In this document: positions 1-10,903 of the stretch, piece by piece
How the letters are laid out: every line of letters starts with the position of its first letter
Position numbering within the stretch: position 1 is the stretch's first letter
Assembly (NCBI GenBank): GCA_032718475.1
Contig: JAUCBJ010008656.1
Coordinates: 1 to 44,045 of the forward strand
Source of the DNA: Nemertoderma westbladi
Lineage: Eukaryota > Animalia > Xenacoelomorpha
Direction: 5' to 3'
DNA: 44,045 nt
Made by a program: the position numbers and the translations under genes
The notes under the pieces: generated by a model
What the model saw: the letters and a program-made list of their open reading frames with translations, nothing else
What the model was told of the DNA's origin: nothing
The model's database searches: none

Positions 1-2239
1 GAATCTAAGTTTCTCTCCATTAGATAGTACAGAGTTCTGTATGTTATCTTTGTAATATTCATTAAAAGGTAACCATTTCATCTCATCTCCATTGAACTTG
101 ACGATCTCTCCCACCTTCACCGCTTGCCGGGCTTCGGTTCTAGCCATTTGACGCGTAAAACTTTCTTGGGCCATCGTGTTATTTAATATCGAGTTATCGG
201 TATATAAATTTCTCGGATTATGATCAGGTCTATAGGGAATGTCATTATCAACAGGTCTATAATTACCCTTAATAGGGTTCACTATAGGAGTTTCTACTTC
301 GCTAGCAGTATATATGCGTGTAGGCTCCACACCTTGCGCATGAGATACTTCAGACCTAACAGGTTGACACATTGTTACCGAGGGTGGTGGTATACCCCTT
401 TGAGTATTTACTAATTTATCGCGTTCTAGCGCGATACTTTGCTGCACTTCTTGCAACTCTAGCCTACTTTCCCTTACTGTGCCCTTGAATTGCTGAACAG
501 TCTCCTGCATCTGCCCGAGCAGGAGATCCATCCCCCGCCGTCTCTCGTCCACCCATTCGACCGCCGAAGCGGGAGTCGCCAACGTTGTAGCGGGCGGACG
601 AGGGACAACGGGCGACAAATCATGAATATTTCGCTCGGGGTCCAGGACCTGAACTGTTTCCTGGGCAGTTCTACTGGGCACAGGTAGCTTAGTGCTATGC
701 AGAGGGAATTTAGAGGTAGCTTCAGAGAGCACAGGTGTATCTATCACCGAAGGGGTGATTTCAAGAACAGGCCTAATTATTTCAGGCTCATCTACTATAG
801 TAGGGAGTCTTTCTATTTTAATTATTTGGTCTGTGGGCTCTGTACTACCTAAGTTGGTGTTATTTAGTTGCCTTTTAACAGCTGGAGGCAAATCAGGCAA
901 TTTCTGACGGTGGAATGTTCTTTTACGTCTGCTTAGACGAGATCTATTTCCTTTGCCTTCAGTATCGGTGGTATCGCCTTCCTCAGATGATGTATATCCC
1001 TGTCTTTTGGGAGTAGATCGATTCATCATCTGCATATTACTAGCTGTTAACTGTTTATTTATGCAGTCTTGATTCTCCTGAATGTTTTCCAATTCTAATT
1101 GGATGGTTTCTTCAGCCGCTCTCCGTTCTGCTTCTGCCACCGCCTCTGCCGCTTTTCTTTCCGCTTCGGCCGCTGCCATTGCCGCCTTTCTTTCTGCTTC
1201 GGCCGCTGCCATTGCCGCCTTTCTTTCTGCTTCTGCCGGTTTGGCCTCTGCCGCTGCCTTTGCCGCTGCCGCTGCCGCTTTTCTTTCAGCTTCGGCCGCT
1301 TTTCTCTGCCGTCGCTTCACTTTCCACTTGGGAAAAAGTAGCGTCTGTTGATTCTCCATGGGTTGAGCGCTCCTCCAGCTGAGCTTTCCACTGAGCTGTT
1401 CCTTGAACCTGGAGACTCACCCTTTGAAACCAAGTCTTTACGGCAACTTGCAACGACGTGTCTTGCCTTCGTTTAGAAGCCTCCTCAAAGGCCGATAATA
1501 TTAGCCTGATTCGTAGAATTCTTTCTCTAACTTGATAAAGCCGTTGTCCCTGCTCTTGAGGTCCTTGTGGTTGTTGAAACAGTTGTCCTTTTACTCGCTC
1601 CATAGAGCTGAAGAATCCCTGTGCGTATCCGGCTGCGGACCTCTTCCACACAGCTGGATCGATGGTTTCCTTGGCTACTCCCATCCGGTGTATGTCTTCC
1701 CAGGCAGCTTCTGATAAATCAAACGGGAGTCCGGGTCCGGGGAAGTTCCATTGCGACTCGACCATGGACTTCAGTTCTTCCCTTGTGTATCCAGCATAAC
1801 TATCTCTAGTTGAACGCTGGCTTCTCGCCCAATCGATCTGGTGTTCTTCCACAGCGATCAATAACCTAGTGAGTACGGCTGCAGGAAGGATGAGAAGGGG
1901 ATCCGAATAAACCGCATCCATCATCTTTGCTCCGCGTTCTGGTGTCAGTTCTACAGTATCCTCACTACTGGAGCTGTTGGGCCGTTGAGAAGTAAGTTCT
2001 TGGCTCGCGGGTTGTTGCTGTTCTGCTGCTTCTTGGTCCCGCTTGACCTGAGCTCGAGTGCCTATGATAGACCTACGATGTTGGACCAGCCTAGGTTCTT
2101 TTATTACTACTGGAGGGATGACCTTCCTCACAGTGGGAGGTGAACTGAACTTACGACTAGACGGTTCTACGCCTCTATCTGAGTCGCAGATAGTTACATC
2201 TAATAAACTGTCTGACAGGTTCTGCTTAGTATCAGACAT
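1..2239 (-). pseudogene. gag: BEL/Pao gag N-terminus with one frameshift near 1305; open to the window edge
   Basis: ORF 2239-1286 continues in another frame from ~1305 to base 1 with no stop (manual translation), ending IVKFNGDEMKWLPFNEYYKDNIQNSVLSNGEKLRF, which resembles the F-x-G-D..W..F...LS..EKL motif of BEL/Pao gag DUF1759; missed by the ORF track because it has no stop in the window. Confidence 0.82.
1110..1310 (-). repeat. Coding repeat (AEAERKAAMAA-like) in gag, probable coiled coil
   Basis: 33-bp-like units GCAGAAAGAAAGGCGGCAATGGCAGCGGCCGAA on the minus strand. Confidence 0.8.
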
Positions 2240-3555
2240 GTTTAGGTGTACAGTTGAATGTCTACCGCTATATTACAGTCTGAGCAAGTCTAGTAACTCA
2301 GTATTAACTGCTAGCCTAGTAATTAATTACCGGTACTGCTACTCAGTGTAGCGTGATATATATAATATATTAGAATACCGGTATGCTTATAGTATATATA
2401 ACTATTATTACAGACTAGGTTTATCTCAGAATACCGGTATAATTTTAGCACAAATATATATAAATATATAATAGGCCTATCGGGAATACCGGTATACAGC
2501 TTACAGTTTTGTAGTATATATAATTATAATTATGGACTAGAATTAATTATAAAGTACCGGTATAGTTTCAGCCTAAATTTATAGAAATGAAGATAATAGG
2601 CCTATCGTAAATACTGGTATATCAATTATTTTAAATAATTGAATTTCTGAATTTTTGGGTTACTTGGTTACTTTACTTACTTTATTACCGTTATTTGAGC
2701 AGTAATCCATCTGATATTGAGACCTAATGGTTGTAGGGTAGGCCTACTATTTATAAATCGTTAGATTTGATTTATAATATATATATACCCGTTTTAATGG
2801 GTTTTGTCTATGTTTGAAATAAATGTTATTATTTCTGGGGAGTAATCACTACACAAAGCGGTGCGCTTTCAGTGAAGTGTTACTTATAGGACACTAAAAC
2901 AAATAATACTAATTTACCTAAGTTACTTAATACTACAAATTACGTACAATTCGGGTGAGATTACAATCTCTAAATAAACACAAAAATTTACAAAAACACA
3001 AAATACGAATTTTCAGGGTAATTTTACAAGAAGTCTACAAACCAGCCTAACAAAGGGTTAGAAATCTGGTTATTACAACGGACAGGGTACTACGGTATTT
3101 GAAAATAATAAGTAGTAGTAAATACACTGCGTTGTCCAGATAGGAAATACCACCGCCTGACGACCTATAGCCGTATCGCTATAGGTACTACGTTATGTAT
3201 CACGGAGTGTTCCTACCTAGAAGTTAATAGAGCTAATCGAACGTGCCTATCAACCACTTTACAACACAAATATAATGCCTACACTAATTACTTTCGGAAA
3301 GCACTGTACACTAAACCCTAAATTAGGTACGAGTACTTGTACAACATATAATCAGTAGTTAAATATACTTGAACAGCTAAAAGAACCACGGCATCTGCTG
3401 GAGTGACCGGTGCACAAAATCACCAGTCTTTACCTACGCCAAGCAGCCCGTGTAGTACCGGGGTTAATTTAACTATAACGGTATGTATAACAAACACAAT
3501 TATTGTAGGAACAAACTTGGGGAATGAATGTTGCGAATAATCGCATAAACTCTGA

Positions 3556-4130
3556 ATAATAAATATTACGCTACGCGTACAAACCACTCAAACAAAATGC
3601 AGACCGAATACTGACAGACTACTATCAAGCCTAAACAAACTACGGTATATGCAGACTCCGAAATGATTAGGTAGTATGCGTTCTAACCCAGTAGTACGAC
3701 TTATTCTTTAGTTGGGGGTTTACCTTACAGCATTGGCTGCCCCTACTTCCTAACCGTTCTTTATCGGACAGATGCTTTACACACACCGAAATCCGTTCAG
3801 ACCTAATAACAGCCAGACAACTATCCAGCCTACAAATTATCTAAATAAATATTATACGCTACCCGTACAGACTTACACAAACAAAGTACAGACTCAACGA
3901 TGGCAGACTACTCTCAAGCCTAAATATACTACAGGACATGCAGACTCCGAAATGATTAGGTAGTATGCGTTCTAACCCAGTAGTACGACTTATTCTTTAG
4001 TTGGGGGTTTACCTTACAGCATTGGCTGCCCCTACTTCCTAACCGTTCTTTATCGGACAGGTGATCTACACACACTGCAATCCGTTCAGACCTAACAGCA
4101 ATCAGACAACAGTTCAGCCTACAAATTGTC
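3556..4130. repeat. ~290-bp tandem duplication in the leader of element A
   Basis: 3556-3842 is repeated at 3845-4130; element B has a single copy near 15455-15750. Confidence 0.9.
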
Positions 4131-4304
4131 TGTACAATCTGATCAGGCTTACACGCCTTCTGTTCAATACTGGCCTACAAATAAAATAAAACTGACAGAA
4201 ATAAGTAAGCTCCAAAAGAAACAAGGGGTGTACAGTCCCTAATCTCTTAAACAGCCTACCGGTATACAATAATAAAATCGAATAATACTAATGTACTTAT
4301 AAGG

Positions 4305-4452
4305 GAAGTACCGGTTAGGACAGTTGGGCCTACGGACCTACAGAAGTACCGGTTCTGGCAGTTGGACCTACGGACCTACGGCAGTACCGGTTCTGGCGGT
4401 TGGGCCTACTGACCTACTGAAGTACCGTTCAGGTTTACCGGTTGACCGGTAC
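4305..4452. repeat. Short ~36-bp tandem repeat in the leader of element A
   Basis: Units like AGTACCGGTTCTGGCAGTTGGGCCTACGGACCTAC, 3-4 copies. Confidence 0.75.
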
Positions 4453-4557
4453 TTTCAACTTTATAGCTTACTGCAATAAAGAAGCTAAATATCCGTTATT
4501 GTTCTTACCAGAACAATATTAAACTGTATTTAATGCCTACACTGCAATACAGACTAA

Positions 4558-4568
4558 ATATCCGTTAT
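4558..4568 (-). promoter_or_regulatory. Primer-binding-site position of element A (ATAACGGATAT), complementary to LTR segment 5302-5312
   Basis: Abuts the LTR terminal CA; + strand 4558-4568 ATATCCGTTAT is the exact reverse complement of + strand 5302-5312 ATAACGGATAT. Confidence 0.75.
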
Positions 4569-5727
4569 TGTTCGCGCTTTTAGACCTTTGGCAGTTTAAC
4601 CCGCCAAATTAGGATGTCTTTAGATAATAAATCACTTTTAGCCTATGACAAGTATTTGATTCACTACACTAGTCGAAACCAATCTGTGCGCGATCATTCA
4701 CCCGCTGGATATACCCGGGAGATTGGGTTCGACGGCTTAATCTTATTGCTATGTAAGCCTAATGTATTATTCGACTGACAGTATTATATAATCTCTGACA
4801 ATATTATTCACCTTCGGGGAATATTAACAGTTCCTTTAGGACGTGGCGCTCTATCTATATAAACAGAGTTATGACTTAAACTACTCACAACGATATGGCT
4901 TAGTTATAATTCACATATATGGCGCATTCTTTAGGAAATGCTTCGTTATCAGTCTCACTCATACACAATGCTGCACAATACTGCACACTGATCTGCCGAT
5001 CTTCACTGATTTTAGTTATATATAAAAGGAACACGGACCGACTCATGTAGGGTCTATCAAATAACATTAGATTCACTTCAAACCACTTTAACATAAGTCA
5101 CAATCGTTATATGTAACCTTTCTCTCTTACCTTCGGTATATCAAGAATATTGGGTTTCGGGGTTATTTATCGTTATTCCAAATATAATAATTCATCAACC
5201 ATATTATGAAGAACTGACAGTAAATAGCAGTATAACAATAGAAAGACCAAACATCAGTTTGATAAATCAGTTTGGTTTGTTTTGTTATGATAACCAGTTT
5301 GATAACGGATATATGTCCTTATAATTAAGCCTACTAGTGTTAGACTCTGTACAGAAAAGCACAAATATTTCCAAGCCGTTCTCTCCTGGCTCAGGACAGA
5401 AAGACCAACAACACTGAAAACTGATAAGAATAACCTTATTTACAAAGGCTTCCACCCAACACAGAGAAAGAGCATACAGATAGGAAAATTCAGTTCAGTA
5501 GATCTGTGATAGGTCGAAATCAAAATCAACTCAAATCCTATTGGCAGATACTTTCCCAAGCTGGTTGGACAATCAAACGTAGCCCAGATCCCTTCGCACA
5601 GCGAATCAGCCAATCAGCCGGTAGCTTGCGCTATTCGAGTTATAGATCCCTTTTTAGAGTATTCTAGCGCCTGGGGGGAACTGGTTAGCAAGGCAAACGA
5701 ATCAGTTATCCCACAAAAACTTTTACA
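4569..5727 (-). repeat. 5' LTR of BEL/Pao element A (1159 bp)
   Basis: Sense strand TGTAAAAG...GCGAACA; same termini as 8102-9275 and 16031-17210. Confidence 0.88.
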
Positions 5728-8101
5728 CCGCTTGTAACGATCAGTAGTGGGAGTGGTGCGCGCGGGGATGGGTTTGGTGGTCACCAAGGTGGGGAACCAA
5801 TGGACACACTTGGGTGAGGGTTCCGTGCCCGACGTGGTGTCCCTGGTGGTGGTGTCCGAGCTCATGGTGTCCGATGTGGTGGAGGTGTCCCGCAACAGGT
5901 GGTGGCGGTTCCGGACAAGAGAACGTCCGGATGGCAATCGGACTACGTATTTACGGAGGGGCCGGGTTTTGGCAATGGTGCCGGCCCAGTCCCAGTGTCC
6001 AGTTCGTGGGTGCTGGATTCGGACAGGATCGCCGACTGCGAGGGCGGGGAGTGTACAGGCTCCGCGGTTGTAGGTCCGTTTGAGGCTTGCCGCGATGGTG
6101 GGTATCATGAGGTCAAGAGCTGTCCATGCGACCTGGTGGGTGTGCGTGAAGGTGGAGTGGTTTCTGGGAACCCAGGTGCAGACAGGGTGTCCAAACAAAA
6201 TTTCAGTGGGGGATAGTCCGTGCTCCCATGGTGAGTTTCGTAGTTCGAGGAGGCCTTCTAGGAAGGGTGTCGAAGAGACGCCCCCCTGGTCTTGTCTGTC
6301 TTGAGCGCCTTTACGGCAGATTCTGCCAGCCCGTTCGATTGGGGGTATTCCGGCGATGACGTCATGGGCGCGACGCCCCAATCGTGGAGGAACGATACGA
6401 ACGGCTGCCCTGTGAAGGGGGTCCCGCTGTCTGACTGAAAGTGGGTGGGGAAACCGAAGTGGCTGAAAATTTCTCGCATGGCATTTGCAGTCATGATCGA
6501 GGTGGGGGGTTTGGGAAATGGGGCAATCTCGGGCCATCCCGAATATTGGTCGACCACAGCCAGGAAGTGTCGACCCGTGTGCTTGAAGAAGTCGGTCGCA
6601 ATTTCCTCGAACGGCCGATTCGGGAGAGGGTCGGCAATGAGGGGCTCCTTCGGTTGGCTGGCGTGGTGAGTCAGACATGGGCTGCATGCACCCAGATATA
6701 GGAGTTGGCGGGCGCGTCGTAGCGACTTCTTGACGCCTTGGTGAGCGGAGTGTATGTGCGAGAGTGCGTCGCACCATGCCACAGCCGGGACAACTATGCG
6801 GGAGCCATACAGACCGAGATCGCCGTCGGTCGTTAGCTCCTCTCGAATGCCCCAATACGGGCGGACGCCGGAGCCGTGTGCGGCGGCGTTGGGGAACCCG
6901 GACTCGACTGCGGATCTTAGGGTGCAGTAGTCGTCATCATTGCGCGCCACGCGGGACAACTGGACGAGGAGGGGGTCCGGTAGTCGGCCATGGACGGTGT
7001 CATCGAGGTTGGTAGCGACAGACTCGGTGACGGCCTGTAGATAGATAGCCATCTCGCCGTCATCCATGATGTTGGTGGGAGTGGGGTCGTCGACGGGGGA
7101 CCGGGATAGGGCATCCAGGTTTCTGTGTTCCTTGCCCTTGCACCACGTCGTGGAGAATGAGTACGGCGCCAAGTGGGTTTTGAGCCGTTGGAGTCGCATA
7201 TTGTCCGTCACGTCCCATGTATATTTATCCACTATGGTAATGAGGGGTTGATGGTCGACAACCGCGGTAAAGTGCGGGAGGCCCAACAGATATAGTTGGC
7301 ATTTCTCCACAGCCCAGATGAGTGCGAGCAGTTCCAGCTCCACCATCGCATACCGGGATTAAGTGTCGGTGACGAACCGAGATCCGCACTCGATGAGTCG
7401 CCAGTCGGCGTCATGGCGCTGGAGCAGCGCGTATCCGAGGCCATGTAGTTGCAAGGCGTCCATCTCCAGCACCGTGTCTAGTGCCGGGTCGTACGGTGCC
7501 AGAATGGATGTCGTCACGAGTCGCGCCTTTGTATCTTCAAACGCCCGCTCATGGTCGTCGTTCCACAGGAACTGGTTCCTGGAACTGGTTCCTGGAACTG
7601 AGGAGGGGCCGAAGGGGTGACATAGCGCTCGATATCTCATGGGAGAAGGGAGCGAGTTGCTTCACCAATCACACGAAGCTGCGAAGGTCAGTGATATTTG
7701 CACCACTGCAGGTTGACCCACAGACGGGGCAGTTGTCTCTCCCCACCGGATGTCTGCATCCGCAGTTGCTGCAGTTCGTGCCTGACTTCATGTTTGCGCG
7801 ATTGCGACCGTGGCTTGGGGGAGCAGCCGGGTTTCCGCTGTTGTGGTGGTCAATGCCATGATTGTAACCTCGTTGTCCCCATTGGGGCTCTGTCGAGGCC
7901 CGTTTATCCATTTTATATAGGGAGAGTTTTGAGATCGCTCCCGAGCCGAGGATGGCGTCGTTCTGTCCGCTGGCCTCAAATGTTTGGCACGTCGTCACAC
8001 ATTGATCCAGCATTGGTTGGGGGAGATTTTTAAGAGATTGCGTCGGGTCTCCTCGTCGCAGATGCTGATGAGGATCTGCATTACGAGCTGGTCATTGCGG
8101 C
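5728..8101 (-). mobile_element. Decayed Ty3/Gypsy fragment: gag C-terminus, RT connection, RNase H and integrase; protease and RT core deleted
   Basis: Zn knuckle CSNCGCRH..C, then ITDLRSFV; RNase H HGLGYALLQ, ELELLALIWAVEK, DHQPL; integrase HSAHQG, VVDQYSGW, SDSGTPF, YPQSNGLAESAVK; several stops and frameshifts; GC-rich. Confidence 0.92.
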
Positions 8102-9275
8102 TGTTCACGCTTTTAGACCTTTAGCAGTTTAACCTGCCAATTTTAGGTGTCTTCTAGGTTATAAATCGACTTTAGCCTATAACAAGTATTTGATACACAT
8201 AAAGTTACATTAGCCGTAGCCAGCCTATGCGCGATCATTCACCCACGGTTAAGGGAGACTGGATTCGGATGCTCTGACCCTATTGCGGTGTAGACCTACT
8301 GTATTATTCGATTGATTGTTACTATAATATCTCTGACAAATATTATTTACTTTCGGGAAATATTAACAGTTCCTTTAGGACGTGGCGCTCTAAATATGTA
8401 AACAGAGTTATGACTTACACTAAACACAACGGTATGGCTATTGATTTACGTATAAGGCGCATTCTTTAGGAAATGCTTTGCTATCTGTCACACTCATACA
8501 CACTACCTCACACTGCTGCACACTGATCTGCCAACCTTCACTAAATTTGATCATATATAAGGAGAACAGCAACTGACACATGTAGGGTCTATGAAATATC
8601 ATTCAATTCACTCCAAAACCACTATAATGTAAGTCGCAATTGCTATATGTAACCGGTCTCTCTAACCTTCAGTATATCAAGAAGATTGGGGTTTTATGAT
8701 TATTTATCGATATTCTCCAAATATAGCAACATATCCATCAACTGATAACAATTAATAACCAACAGTAAATAGCAGTAAAATAATGCGGTGAAAGGTATGT
8801 ATAGTATGATATGATAGGTATGACAATATGATAACAGTTATACGTTTCTATAATCAAAGCCGTTCTAATGTTTGGCTAAAGTCTGAAACACAGAATAATT
8901 CCACAGCCGATGTTCTGGGCTCAGGAAAAAAGGTAAACAAAGACCATAATGCATTGCGCGATTTCCCGGAGGCTTCTGTGCAAATAAAATGAAAATCGCT
9001 CTGATTGGTCGAGTGAGTGAGCCTGAACAAAGAAAGCCAAAAAGTTCCACGTCTACATATCAGCTGATAGATGTCGTCATCTGAACTACACTGTATTAAG
9101 AGTATTTTGGCGCATTGCGGAATAAGATTGCTTGTTATGTCCGCTAAAGTACACATACAGAAAATGTCCACTAAAACACCTACACAGTAGGAAAACGGCT
9201 TTTTATGTCCGCTAAAACACCTACAGAGTACTTTGCGGGGAAAATGACTAGCTAGATCCGCAAAAGCCTTTTACA
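8102..9275 (-). repeat. 3' LTR of element B (1174 bp)
   Basis: TG...CA termini; preceded on the sense strand by GGGAGCGG (9283-9276), a possible short polypurine tract. Confidence 0.88.
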
Positions 9276-9345
9276 CCGCTCCCAGAAAATGGGATTTAAT
9301 TCTATAAAATATAAAAAATCACAGTTTCTAAAATATAAAAATACT

Positions 9346-10903
9346 CTAAACAGTTAGTCTTTCTTGCACGGACAGCGTTTACGCAGTTTTTTGAGGCTAG
9401 CAAGAGTCCTTTTCTCTTTGGGGCGAGCCACTTTACTAGGAGGGCTATAACTCCTGGGTGAAGGGTGCAATACAATTGCATCGGAAGGTTTAGGATTACG
9501 GTCGATGTATCAGCCGGTCGAGGTACCTGGTTGATCTATATCAACCTCAGTGGAACGAGGTCGAACAACCTTGAGAGCGCATTTTAAGACAGCAGCTCTT
9601 ATTGGTCCCTGACGGGTCGTTTGCACGAAAGCGGTAGGTGGACCGTGTGTAGTGAGAAATTTCCTCGGTTTGATGATTCATTTCAACTCGCGTTCTCGGG
9701 CTCTATCGGAATCGATATGCTTCTCCTCGAGCTGATTTTCCTCCGCTTGTTGTTGGAAGCATTCGTCTAAAACTCTTTTAGAGTAGAGTCGTCCAAGTTC
9801 GATATCTTCTTAGAGATTCTGGATTTCCTGATCGAACTGAGATAAAGCTAATTCGTTTACCGCTTGGACTTGCTGCTGCAATTTACGTTTCTCTAAACAA
9901 TTGTAGGTTCCTTTTCCGATCTTTTGACGAATAGTGTCCAACGCGTTTCGTACAACTCTCTCCTCCGCCTCGGTGACAGGTTGTATCGGGTTAAACCGGG
10001 ACAATGATACGGTTGAATGGCGATATTAGATGTCCGCGTCCCAATCTGACTAGGTAAGATGGGCGAATATTTAGGGAGCCCACAACCGGAGTGCCACCGA
10101 CTAATTGTTCGGGTAACACTAGATCTTTGAACAGTGAGTACAGTTCGGGAGGATCCGTGATACTATTAGGATCAAGAGTCTGAGGTCTCACTAGGGAGTG
10201 AGGAGGTCTGACCGAGTATTCCGGAACTCTGATCATAGGTTTATTTAAGAATCATTTGAGTCGAGCGAGCGTAGGTGATACATCGAACAAGTTTCGCTCG
10301 AAACTCCCGTAAATATAGCGAGTAAAACTGTGTTTAGAGCAACGTCTCCGCTGATGTTTATGTCTTTCCGTTTGTTGGTTGGGTCTTGGGCATTCATCGC
10401 AATAATACCAAAGACGCACGTCTTGTAGGGGAAACGCGGGTGATATTTATTCGGTTTTACAATGTTTCTCTCAAGAATTCCAAATATACGTTGGAGTTAC
10501 CGCGTTTATCAGGTTCTTTAACGTCTTCTCTTTCGAGTCGATTTCGAATAGAATTTTCGCATTCGATTTTCAGTTTATCGTTCCGACTCCGCTGGGTAGG
10601 ATATTTAAATAGGGCCATTTCCCTTTCGGTGTCGACATCGTCCGTATCGTGTAAATCGATAGGATGACCAGTAGTTAAGAAGTCCATATGCGTACCATTA
10701 CGATGCGTATAGCGAGCAGTGAATTTTCGATAGTCCAATTCACGAGTGAGTTGCTCCTTGGACATTGGCGGTTTGATATAACGACCATAGTCCTCCATAG
10801 TAGTTGGACCAGAGTCGCCGCGTATTAAGCTATCAACAAATGCTTGCAACGGTAGAGTATATCGCTCCCTGATACCAAGATCATCTTCTATCAACTCAGT
10901 CAT
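9346..10903 (-). pseudogene. Degraded extra ORF (~500 codons) between integrase and 3' LTR, product unknown
   Basis: ORF pieces 10903-10457, 10236-9991 and 10004-9810 are colinear; reading continues through isolated stops to TAG at 9346; contains WYYCDEC...H...CSKH. Confidence 0.6.

Larger units (their letters stand above)
1..5727 (-). mobile_element. BEL/Pao LTR retrotransposon A, 5' part (5' LTR, ~2.3 kb leader, start of gag); runs off the left edge
   Basis: TG...CA LTR at 4569-5727 homologous to two other LTR copies; leader 2373-4568 homologous to 14247-16030; gag reading frame ends in a DUF1759-like motif. Confidence 0.88.

Noticed and set aside
1286-1340. Programmed ribosomal frameshift in gag
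   Set aside because: The shift is explained by a 2-nt loss in a repeat unit (GCAGAGAAAAGCG versus GCAGAAAGAAAAGCG); no canonical slippery heptamer.
220-2351. Plus-strand ORFs including the Ala-rich 1082-1351
   Set aside because: Antisense shadows of the gag frame and its coiled-coil repeat.
4500-4512. TGGTAAGAAC as a tRNA PBS
   Set aside because: About 60 nt from the LTR end, absent in element B, and inside a local duplication; still worth including in a tRNA search.
5614-5727. C-terminal tail of the 413-aa Gypsy ORF as real protein
   Set aside because: It reads through into the BEL LTR; the ORF's N-terminal half is also off-frame relative to integrase.
5728-5732. CCGCT beside both LTR A and the 3' LTR as a TSD
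   Set aside because: Both copies lie on the same side of their LTRs, so they cannot be one duplication; coincidence or PPT remnant.
8854-9171. Repeated ~105-aa ORF (also 16787-17107) as a gene
   Set aside because: Lies in LTR U3, has a non-ATG start, no motif, and is absent from LTR A.
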